A stretch of 64,000 nt of DNA, from positions 3,556-67,555 of the forward strand of contig JAQBYC010000006.1 of the NCBI GenBank assembly GCA_027623205.1. Reading direction: 5' to 3'. Positions 29,048 to 39,722 of this stretch are shown here, in pieces. The notes beneath the pieces are model-generated. The model did no database searches. It was not told the DNA's origin and saw nothing but the letters and a program-made list of their open reading frames with translations. Numbering within the stretch: position 1 is the stretch's first letter; each line of letters starts with the position of its first letter. The position numbers and the translations under genes were made by a program. This stretch comes from Pseudomonadota bacterium (GTDB taxonomy: Bacteria > Pseudomonadota > Alphaproteobacteria > GCA-2731375).

Positions 29048-30295
29048 TTGACGGATGCCGCTGCCAGGGGGCGTCTGCTGCTGCTGGTTCCCGCCACCTC
29101 GTACCGCATTGGCGATTTCCTCAAGGCGGCGGAACGGCTCGACGTTGATGTCGCCGTCGGATCCGATCAACCTGGGGTGTTGGAGAAGTTTTCTCACGGC
29201 CGCACGGTAACCGTGGACTTCAAGACCGTTGCGCGCGGCGTCGAGCAAATCGCGAGCTACAACGATCGTTATCCCTTGGCCGCGATTATCGGCATTGACC
29301 AGGAAACCACCCTGCTGGCCGCCAGGGCATCCGCCTTGCTGGGTCTACGCCACAACGCTCCTGCGTCGGTCGAGGCGACCGGGAACAAGTATCGCTTTCG
29401 CATCCGCATGGCCAATTCAGGTTTGCCCGCCCCCTGGTTCACATTGTTATCCCTTGCCGATGATCCGGCATCCCAGGCCGGGCGCATGCCTTACCCCGTG
29501 GTTATGAAGCCCCTGGCGCTGTCCGCCAGCCGGGGCGTCATTCGGGCGGACAATCCCCAACAGTTCGTTGCCGCCTTCGCGCGTATCCGGGCCATCCTGG
29601 AGATGACGGATAGCCGGGGGGAAGCGGCCGACCATATTCTCGCCGAAGACTATATTCCAGGGCGCGAAGTGGCGCTTGAAGGATTACTCGAAAATGGCGA
29701 TCTGCGGGTCCTGGCACTATTTGACAAGCCTGATCCGTTAGACGGCCCCTATTTCGAGGAAAGCCTTTATATCACGCCCTCGCGGCTGACCGCGCCTTTG
29801 CAGGCGGATATCGCCATGACGGTGGGCCAGGCCGTCGCAACTCTCGGCCTGCGCGAAGGGCCGATTCATGCTGAGTTGCGGATCAACGACAAAGGTATCT
29901 GGCTGATCGAGGTCGCGGCCCGCTCGATCGGCGGGCTGTGTTCCCGCGCTCTGGAATTCGGCGCCGGCGAACGGTTGGAAGATCTGATTATCCGCCATGC
30001 GCTGGGATTGTCCGCAGGCACCGACAGCGCAGAGCATCCGGCATCCGGTGTGATGATGATCCCGATCCCGGCGGCTGGCGCGTTGCGTCTGGTCAGCGGC
30101 CTGGAAGCCGCCCGTACCGTGCCCGGCATTCAGGATGTGACCATCAGCATCCCCCTTGGCGATGTCCTGGTGCCGGTGCCCGAGGGCAACCGGTATCTCG
30201 GCTTCATTTTCGCGGTTGGCGCCACACCGATGGCGGTAGAAGTGGCTCTGCGGCAGGCCCACGGCAAGCTGCAATTCCAGATCGATGCGGACTAG
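29048..30295 (+). CDS. ATP-grasp domain protein, resembling L-amino-acid ligases or carboxylate-amine ligases.
   Basis: 415 aa. It has a pre-ATP-grasp N-terminus followed by a central ATP-grasp region (MKPLALSASRGV ... GPIHAELR). Confidence 0.65.
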   Translation: MTDAAARGRLLLLVPATSYRIGDFLKAAERLDVDVAVGSDQPGVLEKFSHGRTVTVDFKTVARGVEQIASYNDRYPLAAIIGIDQETTLLAARASALLGLRHNAPASVEATGNKYRFRIRMANSGLPAPWFTLLSLADDPASQAGRMPYPVVMKPLALSASRGVIRADNPQQFVAAFARIRAILEMTDSRGEAADHILAEDYIPGREVALEGLLENGDLRVLALFDKPDPLDGPYFEESLYITPSRLTAPLQADIAMTVGQAVATLGLREGPIHAELRINDKGIWLIEVAARSIGGLCSRALEFGAGERLEDLIIRHALGLSAGTDSAEHPASGVMMIPIPAAGALRLVSGLEAARTVPGIQDVTISIPLGDVLVPVPEGNRYLGFIFAVGATPMAVEVALRQAHGKLQFQIDAD

Positions 30296-30750
30296 ATGGG
30301 TCGGCTGGTCGCCAGATTACCCCAGCTTGCAACCCGCGTTATCTGAATAGCGATGACCGGCAGACCGGTCAGGGTCATGGCCGCCAATTGCGGATATCGC
30401 GCCTGCAAGAGGCGCTGTGCCAGGGCATGATCATTGCCATCGGAACCGTCATTCAGCACCGTCGCGGCCCCCCGGATCATAACCCAACCCAGGCGCGACC
30501 AGTCCGTATCATGGTAATGGTCCGCCACCAGCGCCACATTGGGATTTGCGGCAATGTTGGCCAGCCGCTTCAGTTTTTTGCCGCGCGCCTGTTTCGGCTT
30601 CTCGTCAATTGCGATGAATATTCTATCCTCGGCCACGATAAAACACACGGGGACGACATGGGGCATGCCGGCGCCATCCGCGGTTGCCAGATGAGCCACC
30701 CGGCAGTGATTGAGAAATTGTCGTTGTGCCGGCGTCAGCATAGCAGCCAT
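30292..30750 (-). CDS. PPOX-class pyridoxamine 5'-phosphate oxidase family protein.
   Basis: 152 aa with a LATADGAGMPHVVPVCF pattern. Confidence 0.6.
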   Translation of the reverse strand: MAAMLTPAQRQFLNHCRVAHLATADGAGMPHVVPVCFIVAEDRIFIAIDEKPKQARGKKLKRLANIAANPNVALVADHYHDTDWSRLGWVMIRGAATVLNDGSDGNDHALAQRLLQARYPQLAAMTLTGLPVIAIQITRVASWGNLATSRPI

Positions 30751-30789
30751 CTTGATGTTCAGATTTCAAGTATAACGGGCCCGCGAGTA

Positions 30790-30886
30790 CATGTTTCCTT
30801 AAAACATGCCCAGGCTCTTTAAGAATAGAGAAATTGAACCAATTACTTAAGTCGCGAAAGCGACTCCGATTCATTGAAAATCGCTC
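30790..30886 (+). repeat. Copy 4 of the structured intergenic repeat, closest to the consensus.
   Basis: Sequence catgtttccttaaaacatgcccaggctctttaagaatagagaaattgaaccaattacttaagtcgcgaaagcgactccgattcattgaaaatcgctc. Its 3' terminus overlaps the DUF983 stop codon. Confidence 0.85.
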
Positions 30887-31280
30887 AAACGGCCTCACCA
30901 CCAAAGCCGTGCATGCGGTGGGCCCATTGAAATCCGATCAGTGCGCCCTTGATCCGCGGCAACAAGATCAGCGTTAACATCATTGTCAGCGGAAGCCATA
31001 GGGAAAAATGCAGCCACAGAGGCGGCATGGCAGCGCGTTCCAGTATCAAGACCAGAGGCACCAGAATATGGCCCAGAATCAACATGGTGAAATAAGGCGG
31101 CGCATCATCGGCCCGGTGGTTATGCAAACCCAGACCGCAGGTCGCACAGTCATTCCGCACCTTTAAAAACCGCCCATATATCGAGCCTCGCCCACAGGCA
31201 GGGCAGCGCATGCGAACCCCGCGCAACAAAGCCTGGCGCCAGGACCTCAACTGGCTCTCAGCTGGTTGCATCGTACTCAT
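30885..31280 (-). CDS. DUF983-family zinc-ribbon membrane protein.
   Basis: CPACGRG...CATCG motifs followed by hydrophobic segments. The start is uncertain among TTG 31292, ATG 31280 and ATG 31271. Confidence 0.55.
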   Translation of the reverse strand: MSTMQPAESQLRSWRQALLRGVRMRCPACGRGSIYGRFLKVRNDCATCGLGLHNHRADDAPPYFTMLILGHILVPLVLILERAAMPPLWLHFSLWLPLTMMLTLILLPRIKGALIGFQWAHRMHGFGGEAV

Positions 31281-31482
31281 AACAATTTCCAATTTGCCTG
31301 ATCCCGACCGGTGTCAAAAACCGCAGCGTAAATGCATCATCTACCATGGCTTTATAACGTTCCTCCTATGGGAATTGCCAGCTTTTGTCACCCATCATCG
31401 GCGCGCCAGACGAATTCAAGGCTGCCAAATCCGAGGTCCGGGCGCCGGCATACGACGCGCTTGGAAGCACGGCGAATGGGCG

Positions 31483-33774
31483 CTAAGAGCGCCGGCGCCC
31501 CCGCCGTTTGCCGTGCTTGCCGGCTTTACCGCGTCGAACGGCGTCCGCGCGCGGTTTGCCAAGGCGCGGCCCACCCCGTGCGCCCTCTGATGTTTCAACG
31601 CTGGTCGTCGTCAGTTCGAAAATCAAACCACCGGTTAGGGTATTTACCTCGACCAACCGCACGGGAATGCTATCACCCAGGCGATAGCGGGTCCCGGAAC
31701 GCTCGCCGATCAGAGCGTTTTGCGCCTCATCAACCTGATAATAATCATCGTGCAGATAGCGCATGGGCAACAGACCATCGGCGCCCGTATCGGCCAGGGT
31801 AAGAAACAGCCCGGCGCGGTGTACCCCATTGATCCGTGCAATGAATTCCGCCCCGGTCTGTTCGGCCATGAAAGCCGCCATATAGCGGTCATTCGCATCT
31901 CGTTCCGCCACCATGGCGCGCCGCTCGGTGGTGGAAATATGCTCTGCCGTCGCAGCCAGGTTTTCCGTCTCGCGATCGTTTAGGCCTCCGGCGCCAAAAC
32001 CGCCCCCGCGGATCAGGGCACGATGCACCAACAAATCGGCATAACGCCGGATCGGCGATGTGAAATGGGCATAGCGGGCACGAGAGAGGCCAAAATGCCC
32101 AATATTCACTGGATCATAACGGGCCTGAGATTGGGACCGCAGGATTGATTGATTGACCGCTTCCCAATGATCGGTGCCCTTGGCTTTGGCCAGAATGCGG
32201 TTGAATAACTCCGGGCGTGGGCGCTCCCCCAGGCTATAGGACAGCCCCAGACTGCTTAAGAAATCTCGCAGGCCCAACAGTTTTTCGCGATCGGGCTGGT
32301 CGTGCACCCGATAAACGCAGGGCATTTTTTGCGCCTCCAGGGTTTCCGCCGCCGCCACATTGGCCTCTATCATGAATTCCTCAATCACCTGGTGGGCATC
32401 CAGGCGCTCGCGCGGACGGATATCGGCAATACGGCCGTCTTCACCCAAGGTAACTTTCATTTCGGGCAAGTCCAGATCCAGAGGCTGGCGTTTCTTCCTG
32501 GCCCGCATCAGCGCACCCCACGCGCCATACAATGGCTCGATTACCGTATCCAAAAGGGGCCCGGTCTGCGCGTTCGGCGCACCGTCATGGGCGGCTTGCA
32601 GGTCTTCGTAAATGACCCTCGCGGCGGAGCGGATCATAGCGCGGTGGAATTTATGCTCCAGCCGCAGGCCATTGGCATCCAGGCGCATGGTCACCGCCAA
32701 TACCGGGCGGTCCTCGTCCGGCCGCAGGGAGCAGAGATTGTTCGATAACGCCTCGGGCAGCATGGGCACCACGCGGTCGGGGAAATAAACCGAATTGCCC
32801 CGCCGCCGCGCCTCCCGGTCCAACGTACCGCCAAAAGTTACGTAATGGGCGACATCGGCGATCGCAACAATAATCTGCCAGCCCCCTTTATTGCCGGGAT
32901 CATCGTCGGGGGCGGCCCAGATGGCATCGTCGAAGTCGCGGGCATCGGCGCCATCGACGGTGATCAGAGGCAAATGGCGCAGGTCCTCCCGGATACCGCC
33001 AGAGGTCATGGCGACCGGCTGGGCAGCCTCCGCCTCGGCCAGGGCCTCCGCGGGGAAGACATCCGGGATATCATTGCTGTAAATGGCGATCAGCGAGATT
33101 GCCCGGCGATCCTCCATATCGCCCAGCACTTCGACCACCCTGGCCTCCGCCAGCCCCTGACGGCGCCCGATCAAAACGTCGGCAACTACCAGATCACCCT
33201 TTCTGGCACCGCCATTCCGGCCAGGCTCGACGAAATAATCGGATTTTTGCCGCCGATCAGTGGGTTTAATCCGCGCGCCTCGACCCGGCAACTCCGTATA
33301 AACGCCGATCACACGATCCGGCCCCTTGGGCAGAACCCGGATGATACTGGCTACATAGCCCGCGCCCTTCGGCTGCAAACGCGCCAGAATTCGATCGCCA
33401 ATGCCCAACGCGGCGGCGTCGCGCGTCTCGGTCTGAACAATGATAAGTGGGGGCGGGGCCGCATCGTCACCGGCATCATCTTTTGCATCGCCGCCAGCCA
33501 TAGGCACGGCATAAAGCACGGCATCGTCGTCGACTTTGGAAATGCGCAGCACCGCCACCGGAGGCAATGCGCCCGCGGTGTCATAACGTTTGCCCCGGCC
33601 GCGGCCGATCACGCCTTCGTCCGCCAATTCCTTCAGGATCGCCCGCAACTCTACCCGCGCCGCGCCCTTAATACCAAAGGCACGCGCAATTTCCCGCCGG
33701 CCAACGGTGCCGGTCGCCTCCGTTATGAATTTTTTGATAGCCGCCTTGTCCGGCAGGCCGCGTGGGGCGCTCAA
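31483..33774 (-). CDS. rnr: Ribonuclease R.
   Basis: 763 aa with an RNB catalytic domain, an S1 domain and a basic C-terminal tail. Confidence 0.9.
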   Translation of the reverse strand: MSAPRGLPDKAAIKKFITEATGTVGRREIARAFGIKGAARVELRAILKELADEGVIGRGRGKRYDTAGALPPVAVLRISKVDDDAVLYAVPMAGGDAKDDAGDDAAPPPLIIVQTETRDAAALGIGDRILARLQPKGAGYVASIIRVLPKGPDRVIGVYTELPGRGARIKPTDRRQKSDYFVEPGRNGGARKGDLVVADVLIGRRQGLAEARVVEVLGDMEDRRAISLIAIYSNDIPDVFPAEALAEAEAAQPVAMTSGGIREDLRHLPLITVDGADARDFDDAIWAAPDDDPGNKGGWQIIVAIADVAHYVTFGGTLDREARRRGNSVYFPDRVVPMLPEALSNNLCSLRPDEDRPVLAVTMRLDANGLRLEHKFHRAMIRSAARVIYEDLQAAHDGAPNAQTGPLLDTVIEPLYGAWGALMRARKKRQPLDLDLPEMKVTLGEDGRIADIRPRERLDAHQVIEEFMIEANVAAAETLEAQKMPCVYRVHDQPDREKLLGLRDFLSSLGLSYSLGERPRPELFNRILAKAKGTDHWEAVNQSILRSQSQARYDPVNIGHFGLSRARYAHFTSPIRRYADLLVHRALIRGGGFGAGGLNDRETENLAATAEHISTTERRAMVAERDANDRYMAAFMAEQTGAEFIARINGVHRAGLFLTLADTGADGLLPMRYLHDDYYQVDEAQNALIGERSGTRYRLGDSIPVRLVEVNTLTGGLIFELTTTSVETSEGARGGPRLGKPRADAVRRGKAGKHGKRRGRRRS

Positions 33775-36428
33775 TCGGAGGATCCGGACACTGCTTCCGT
33801 TACCGCGGCTGCCAACGTCCCGGTTTTCGCTTTTTGTTTCACCTTGGTCGCCGGTTTTGCCTTGGCCTTCGGTTTCGTTTTGGCTTTTGGCTTCGCCTTG
33901 GCCCGTTTCTGACCCGCCGCCTCCGCCTTGGCCCGCAACAAGGCCAAGCCATCTTCCAAAGACATATGCATAGGGTCGAAGGTCTTGGGCAGGGTAGCGT
34001 TCAACTTCTTATACTTGACGTAGGGGCCAAATCGGCCATCCAAGACCTTGACATCGCCACCTTCGGGGTGATCGCCCAGGGTGCGAATAGTGTTGGCCCC
34101 GCGCCGGCCGCCATCTTTGGTCATGCCGTCGGCAATGACAGCCACCGCATGGTTCAGCCCGATCGTCAAGGCATCCGCCGTGCTCTCCAGTTTGAAATAG
34201 CGGCTTTCCGTTTGCACGTAAGGGCCAAAACGGCCGATGCCGGCGAAAATTGCCTTCGCGGTTTCCGGATGATGGCCAACAACCCGCGGCAGACTGATAA
34301 GCTTTTGAGCCAATTCCCGATCCAACTGTTCGACCGAGACGTCCGCCGGCAGGCCAACCCGCTTTGGCTTTTTCTTTTTCTTGTCCCCTTCAACGGCCTC
34401 GCCCAACTGGATATACAGTCCGTACGGGCCCTTACGCAGGGTCAGGGGCATACCGCTTTCAACATCCTCACCCAAGGCAATGGGTCCGGCGGCGAATATC
34501 TCGTCAGCATCACCGTCTTCGGCCTGTTTCATGGCGCGGGTGTAGTGGCATTCGGGATACGCGTTGCAGCCGATGAAAAAGCCGTTGCGGCCGCCGCGTA
34601 GGTTCAGGGTGCCCTTCTTACAGACCGGGCAGGCGCGATCCAGGCCGCCGTCAGGGTATAAATGCGGCGCCAACAGATCATTGACCTTGTCAAAGACCTC
34701 GCGCACCCGCAACTCCGAAGTGCCATCCACGGCGTTGGAAAAATCCCGCCAAAAATTGCGCAAGACCACTTTCCAATCCACCTCACCGGCGGAAACCGCA
34801 TCCAATTGGTCTTCCAGATCGGCGGTGAAGCCATACTCCACATAGCGATGGAAATAACTTTCCAGAAATGCCGTTACCAGACGGCCCTTGTCCTCGGGCA
34901 TGAAGCGTTTGCGATCCAGAACAACATAGTTGCGGTCCTGCAGAACAGTCAGGATGGAGGCATAGGTGGAGGGGCGGCCAATACCTAGCTCCTCCAGCTT
35001 CTTGACCAGGGTGGCTTCGGAATAGCGCGGCGGCGGCTCGGTGAAATGCTGTTCCGGGCGGACCTTTTCGTTGTCCAAGCCTTCGCCTGCGGCGACCTTG
35101 GGCAGGCGCCGGTCCTCGTCATTTTCCTGCTTTTCGTCCCGGCCTTCCTCGTAAAGCTTTAAAAACCCAGGGAAATCCACCACCGTGCCCGTGGTGCGCA
35201 AACTGGCAGCGCCATCCTTGGCGGCTATTTCGATGGTGGTGCGGGAGAGGCGCGCCGATGCCATCTGCGAGGCCATGGCCCGCTTCCAGACCAAGTCGTA
35301 TAGCCGCTGTTGTTCATCGTTCAGATAGGAGGCCATGGAAGCCGGCAGGCGGGCAAAATCTGTCGGCCGGATAGCTTCATGGGCTTCCTGGGCATTCTTC
35401 GCCTTACTGCGATAGACCCGGGCTTCGCCTGGCACATAGTCGGCGCCGAATTGCTGACCTATCATATCCCGGCTGGCAGCGACTGCCTCGTTCGCCATCT
35501 GCACGCCATCGGTCCGCATATAGGTGATGAGGCCAACTGTTTCGCCGCCGATATCAAAACCTTCGTACAGGCGCTGGGCGATCTGCATGGTACGCTTGGC
35601 GCCAAAACCTAGTTTGCGCGAGGCTTCCTGTTGCAGGGTGGAGGTGGTGAAAGGTGGGGCGGGATTACGCTGGGTCGGCTTGGTCTCGACCCCGGCGACG
35701 ATGAACTCGCCACCCTCCAATGTGCGTTGAGCCGCTTCCGCCGATACCTGGTCGGCAAGCGAGAAGCGATCCAGTTTGACACCGTTCAAATGGGTCAGAC
35801 GACCCACCAATACGGCATTGCCAGCGGTCTTGAAATCAACCTCGACGGTCCAATATTCTCTTGGCCTGAAGGCCTCGATCTCGATCTCGCGCTCGCAAAT
35901 CAAACGCAGCGCGACCGATTGCACCCGCCCGGCGGATTTCGCACCCGGCAATTTACGCCATAGTACGGGCGACAGGGTAAAGCCAACCAGATAGTCCAAC
36001 GCGCGGCGGGCCTGCTGGGCGTTGATCAGATCCATGTCCAGATCGCGCGGGTTATTGATCCCCTCCAACACCGCCCGCTTGGTGATCTCGTTGAAAACCA
36101 CCCGCTTGGCGACAATATCCCGAATGCCGTAGTCGTCCTCCAGCGCCTTTAAGACATGCCACGAGATGGCCTCGCCCTCCCGATCCGGATCGGTGGCCAG
36201 AAACAACCTGTCGCCGCCCTTCATGGCATTGGCGATGGCTTTCACATGTTTGGCGGACTTGTCATCCGTAACGTAGGTCATGGCAAAATCGTCGTCGGGA
36301 ATGACCGAGCCATCCTTGGACGGCAGATCGCGCACATGGCCGTAGCTGGCCAGCACAATATAATTGTCGCCCAGATATTTATTGATCGTTTTGGCCTTGG
36401 CCGGAGATTCGACCACCACAACATCCAT
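33771..36428 (-). CDS. topA: DNA topoisomerase I.
   Basis: 885 aa. It has a TOPRIM N-terminus MDVVVVESPAKAKTINKYLG, C-terminal zinc ribbons and a lysine-rich tail. Confidence 0.9.
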   Translation of the reverse strand: MDVVVVESPAKAKTINKYLGDNYIVLASYGHVRDLPSKDGSVIPDDDFAMTYVTDDKSAKHVKAIANAMKGGDRLFLATDPDREGEAISWHVLKALEDDYGIRDIVAKRVVFNEITKRAVLEGINNPRDLDMDLINAQQARRALDYLVGFTLSPVLWRKLPGAKSAGRVQSVALRLICEREIEIEAFRPREYWTVEVDFKTAGNAVLVGRLTHLNGVKLDRFSLADQVSAEAAQRTLEGGEFIVAGVETKPTQRNPAPPFTTSTLQQEASRKLGFGAKRTMQIAQRLYEGFDIGGETVGLITYMRTDGVQMANEAVAASRDMIGQQFGADYVPGEARVYRSKAKNAQEAHEAIRPTDFARLPASMASYLNDEQQRLYDLVWKRAMASQMASARLSRTTIEIAAKDGAASLRTTGTVVDFPGFLKLYEEGRDEKQENDEDRRLPKVAAGEGLDNEKVRPEQHFTEPPPRYSEATLVKKLEELGIGRPSTYASILTVLQDRNYVVLDRKRFMPEDKGRLVTAFLESYFHRYVEYGFTADLEDQLDAVSAGEVDWKVVLRNFWRDFSNAVDGTSELRVREVFDKVNDLLAPHLYPDGGLDRACPVCKKGTLNLRGGRNGFFIGCNAYPECHYTRAMKQAEDGDADEIFAAGPIALGEDVESGMPLTLRKGPYGLYIQLGEAVEGDKKKKKPKRVGLPADVSVEQLDRELAQKLISLPRVVGHHPETAKAIFAGIGRFGPYVQTESRYFKLESTADALTIGLNHAVAVIADGMTKDGGRRGANTIRTLGDHPEGGDVKVLDGRFGPYVKYKKLNATLPKTFDPMHMSLEDGLALLRAKAEAAGQKRAKAKPKAKTKPKAKAKPATKVKQKAKTGTLAAAVTEAVSGSSD

Positions 36429-36503
36429 GGTTCGGAGACTCGCTCTTAATAATGCACAAAAACGGTGCGAAACGACATGCGCCCAATAACAGACCGATGA
36501 TCG

Positions 36504-37661
36504 TTAAGATATTGATACTCGATTACCGGCATGACGGTCTAAACGACCAGCTAGCTCAAGTTCAAGCAAAATGGTGATGACAACGGCCGGTGTCAACTCG
36601 GACAGGCGGATTAAATCGTCAACGCCCACCGCCGTCGGTCCCAAGAAACTGATCAGACGTTGCCGGTCCCGGTCGGATTCCAGCGCCTGAGGTGCTGCGC
36701 CAACGTCGGTTTGCCGACAGCCAACCGCATCCTCCCACAAGGCGGGCTTCTGGATCATTGGGTCAATAATTTCAACCACCTCGTCCGCATCCTGGATAAG
36801 CGTGGCGCCCTGTCGGATCAGCCGGTTGGAGCCCCGGCAACGAGGATCCATGGGCGAACCAGGCACGGCAAAAACTTCGCGGCCCTGTTCCAAAGCAAAG
36901 CGGGCGGTGATTAGCGAGCCCGAACGCTCGGCTGCTTCGATTACGATTACGCCCAGAGCGAGACCGGAGATCAGGCGGTTGCGGCGGGGGAAATGACGGG
37001 CCTGGGGCCGAATGCCCGGCGGCATCTCTGAAACGACCGCGCCCTGGGCGCTGACGGCATCATACAGGCCAAGGTTTTCCGTTGGATAGACCACATCGAC
37101 CCCTCCCGCCAGCACCGCAACGGTGCCCCCGTTAGCGCCAAATTCCAGCGCCCCCTTGTGGGCGGCCGTATCGATGCCCCGGGCCAGACCGGACACTACC
37201 AGCAGGCCTTTGCCGCTCAGATCCCCAGCCAACCGCCGTGTATAACGAATGGCGGAGGCAGAGGCGTTGCGCGCGCCCACGATGGCCACTGCCGGGCGGG
37301 CCAGCCGCGCCACATCGCCCAGGACATAAATCAATGGTGGCGGATCCGGCAAGGCGGCCAAGCACGGCGGATAGGCGGCCTCGCAGCTGGCCAACGGCCG
37401 CGCCCCAACTGCCGCCGCCGCCGCCAGTTCAGCCTCAGCCGCCGCGACTGAACACAGTTTGATGGCCCTGCTGCGTCCGCCGCGCCGGGCCAATTCCGGC
37501 AACGCAGCCAGCGCCGCGCCCGCCGTGCCAAAGCGCGACATCAATTGTTGAAAGATGATCGGGCCAACATTCTCGCTCCTGATCAATCGCAGCCAGTCCA
37601 GCTGCGCGGTGGCAGTCAATTTCCCGTCCTTCGTCATGCCATTCGTCATGCGGTCCATCAT
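36504..37661 (-). CDS. dprA: DNA processing protein DprA (Smf).
   Basis: 385 aa. It sits directly upstream of topA, which is conserved synteny. Confidence 0.8.
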   Translation of the reverse strand: MMDRMTNGMTKDGKLTATAQLDWLRLIRSENVGPIIFQQLMSRFGTAGAALAALPELARRGGRSRAIKLCSVAAAEAELAAAAAVGARPLASCEAAYPPCLAALPDPPPLIYVLGDVARLARPAVAIVGARNASASAIRYTRRLAGDLSGKGLLVVSGLARGIDTAAHKGALEFGANGGTVAVLAGGVDVVYPTENLGLYDAVSAQGAVVSEMPPGIRPQARHFPRRNRLISGLALGVIVIEAAERSGSLITARFALEQGREVFAVPGSPMDPRCRGSNRLIRQGATLIQDADEVVEIIDPMIQKPALWEDAVGCRQTDVGAAPQALESDRDRQRLISFLGPTAVGVDDLIRLSELTPAVVITILLELELAGRLDRHAGNRVSIS

Positions 37662-37897
37662 CCGTTAAGCCTGCGCTCCGCAACCACTGCGGTCAAGTCA
37701 TTTGGTGACAGCAACTTTACCAATCGTCCTTGATGTTGACCGGGTTCATGTTCGCCAGGCTGTTTCGCATAGTTTTTAGGCATATTTCCTATTTTGCCTG
37801 TTTTTTGCGCAAATACAGGACGGCATAAACAGCCAAATCTCCTTCAATAATTATCTTTTCCTTTTAATTCAAAGGCTTAGACAAAGGCACCCAAAAT

Positions 37898-37913
37898 CGG
37901 CACGTTTCTTGGA
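37898..37913 (+). promoter_or_regulatory. Candidate sigma54 -24/-12 promoter for glnK-amtB.
   Basis: Sequence CGGCACGTTTCTTGGA against the consensus TGGCACG-N4-TTGCW. It has GG at -24 and correct spacing, but G replaces the conserved C at -12. It lies about 70 nt upstream of glnK. Confidence 0.3.
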
Positions 37914-37935
37914 TAACAGTCAGTGACCGGGTTAG

Positions 37936-38322
<387 letters not shown>

Positions 38323-38347
38323 CGTCAATCCAACCAGGAGAAATTCA

Positions 38348-39640
38348 ATGTCCTATTTATCGCGGCGCCTGGGCGCCACCGCCGCCATTACTACCGTTGT
38401 CTTTGGCATGGCCGACCCGGCCCTGGCAGCGGACGCATTGAATTCAGGCGATACCGCCTGGATGCTGACCTCATCGCTGCTGGTCTTGCTGATGACCGTA
38501 CCCGGCGTCGCGTTGTTCTATGGCGGCATGGTGCGCAAGAAAAATGTGCTGGCCACCATCATGCAAAGTTTTGCCGTCTGCTGCATGGCCACCATAATTT
38601 GGATGGTAATCGGCTATAGCCTGGCCTTTTCCGGTGAAGCTCCCTTTGTCGGTGATCTTGGCCAGTTATTCCTGGCCGGCATTGGCGTTGATTCCATGCG
38701 CGGCACCATCCCGGAATCCGTTTTCATGATGTTTCAAATGACTTTTGCCATTATTACCCCGGCCCTGATTACCGGGGCCGTGGCCGAACGGATCAAATTT
38801 TCCTCGTTAATGGTATTCCTGGCCCTGTGGCTAATACTTGTCTATGCCCCCATCTGCCATTGGGTCTGGGGCAGTGGCGGCTTTTTGGGCGGCGCCGGCG
38901 TGTTGGATTTTGCCGGCGGCACAGTGGTCCATATCAACAGCGGCGTCGCCGCCCTGGTACTGTGTCTGGTGCTGGGCAAGCGGGTCGGATATGGCCGTGA
39001 GAACTTATCGCCTCACAATCTGACGCTGACAATGATCGGCGCGACTTTGCTTTGGGTGGGCTGGTTTGGTTTCAACGCGGGATCGGAACTGGCGGCCAAT
39101 GGTAAAGCCGGCATGGCCATGGCCGTGACCCAGATCGCCGCCGCCGCCGCCGCCCTGGCCTGGATGTGCGCGGAATGGATGACCCGCGGCAAGCCCAGTG
39201 TGCTGGGCATCGCCTCGGGCGCCGTGTCGGGGCTGGTTGCCATCACCCCGGCCGCGGGTTTCGTGTTGCCGGGCGGGGCGCTGGTCCTGGGTCTGGTCGC
39301 CGGCCTGGGCTGTTTCGTCGCCGTGACCTGGTTGAAGCACAAATTGCGCTATGACGACTCTCTCGACGTCTTTGGCGTCCATGGCATCGGCGGCATCATC
39401 GGCGCCGTTCTCACCGGCGTTTTCGCCGTCAAGGCGGTGGGCGGCACGCCGGGCCTGCTGGAAGGCAATGGCGCACAGGTTGGCCTGCAACTTTATGGCG
39501 TCGGTGTAACCATAGCCTATAGCGCTGTCGTTACCTTCATCCTGGCTAAACTGGTCGGCGCGGTCATGGGCCTGCGGGTCGAAGAAGACGAGGAGCGCGA
39601 GGGTCTGGATATCAGCCTACACGGCGAAAGTGTCGCCTGA
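38348..39640 (+). CDS. amtB: Ammonium transporter.
   Basis: Signal peptide plus an 11-TM Amt pattern. An AGGAGAA ribosome-binding site precedes the ATG at 38348. Confidence 0.9.
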   Translation: MSYLSRRLGATAAITTVVFGMADPALAADALNSGDTAWMLTSSLLVLLMTVPGVALFYGGMVRKKNVLATIMQSFAVCCMATIIWMVIGYSLAFSGEAPFVGDLGQLFLAGIGVDSMRGTIPESVFMMFQMTFAIITPALITGAVAERIKFSSLMVFLALWLILVYAPICHWVWGSGGFLGGAGVLDFAGGTVVHINSGVAALVLCLVLGKRVGYGRENLSPHNLTLTMIGATLLWVGWFGFNAGSELAANGKAGMAMAVTQIAAAAAALAWMCAEWMTRGKPSVLGIASGAVSGLVAITPAAGFVLPGGALVLGLVAGLGCFVAVTWLKHKLRYDDSLDVFGVHGIGGIIGAVLTGVFAVKAVGGTPGLLEGNGAQVGLQLYGVGVTIAYSAVVTFILAKLVGAVMGLRVEEDEEREGLDISLHGESVA

Positions 39641-39686
39641 TCCAATCCGTCTTGAGCTTCGGTTATTGGAATAGTCTACGGAACGA

Positions 39687-39722
39687 TGGGCCCTGGGACG
39701 CAAATCCCGGGGCCATTCTTTT
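39687..39722 (+). terminator. Rho-independent terminator after amtB.
   Basis: GC-rich inverted repeat GGGCCCTGGGA-cgcaaa-TCCCGGGGCC followed by ATTCTTTTG. Confidence 0.6.
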
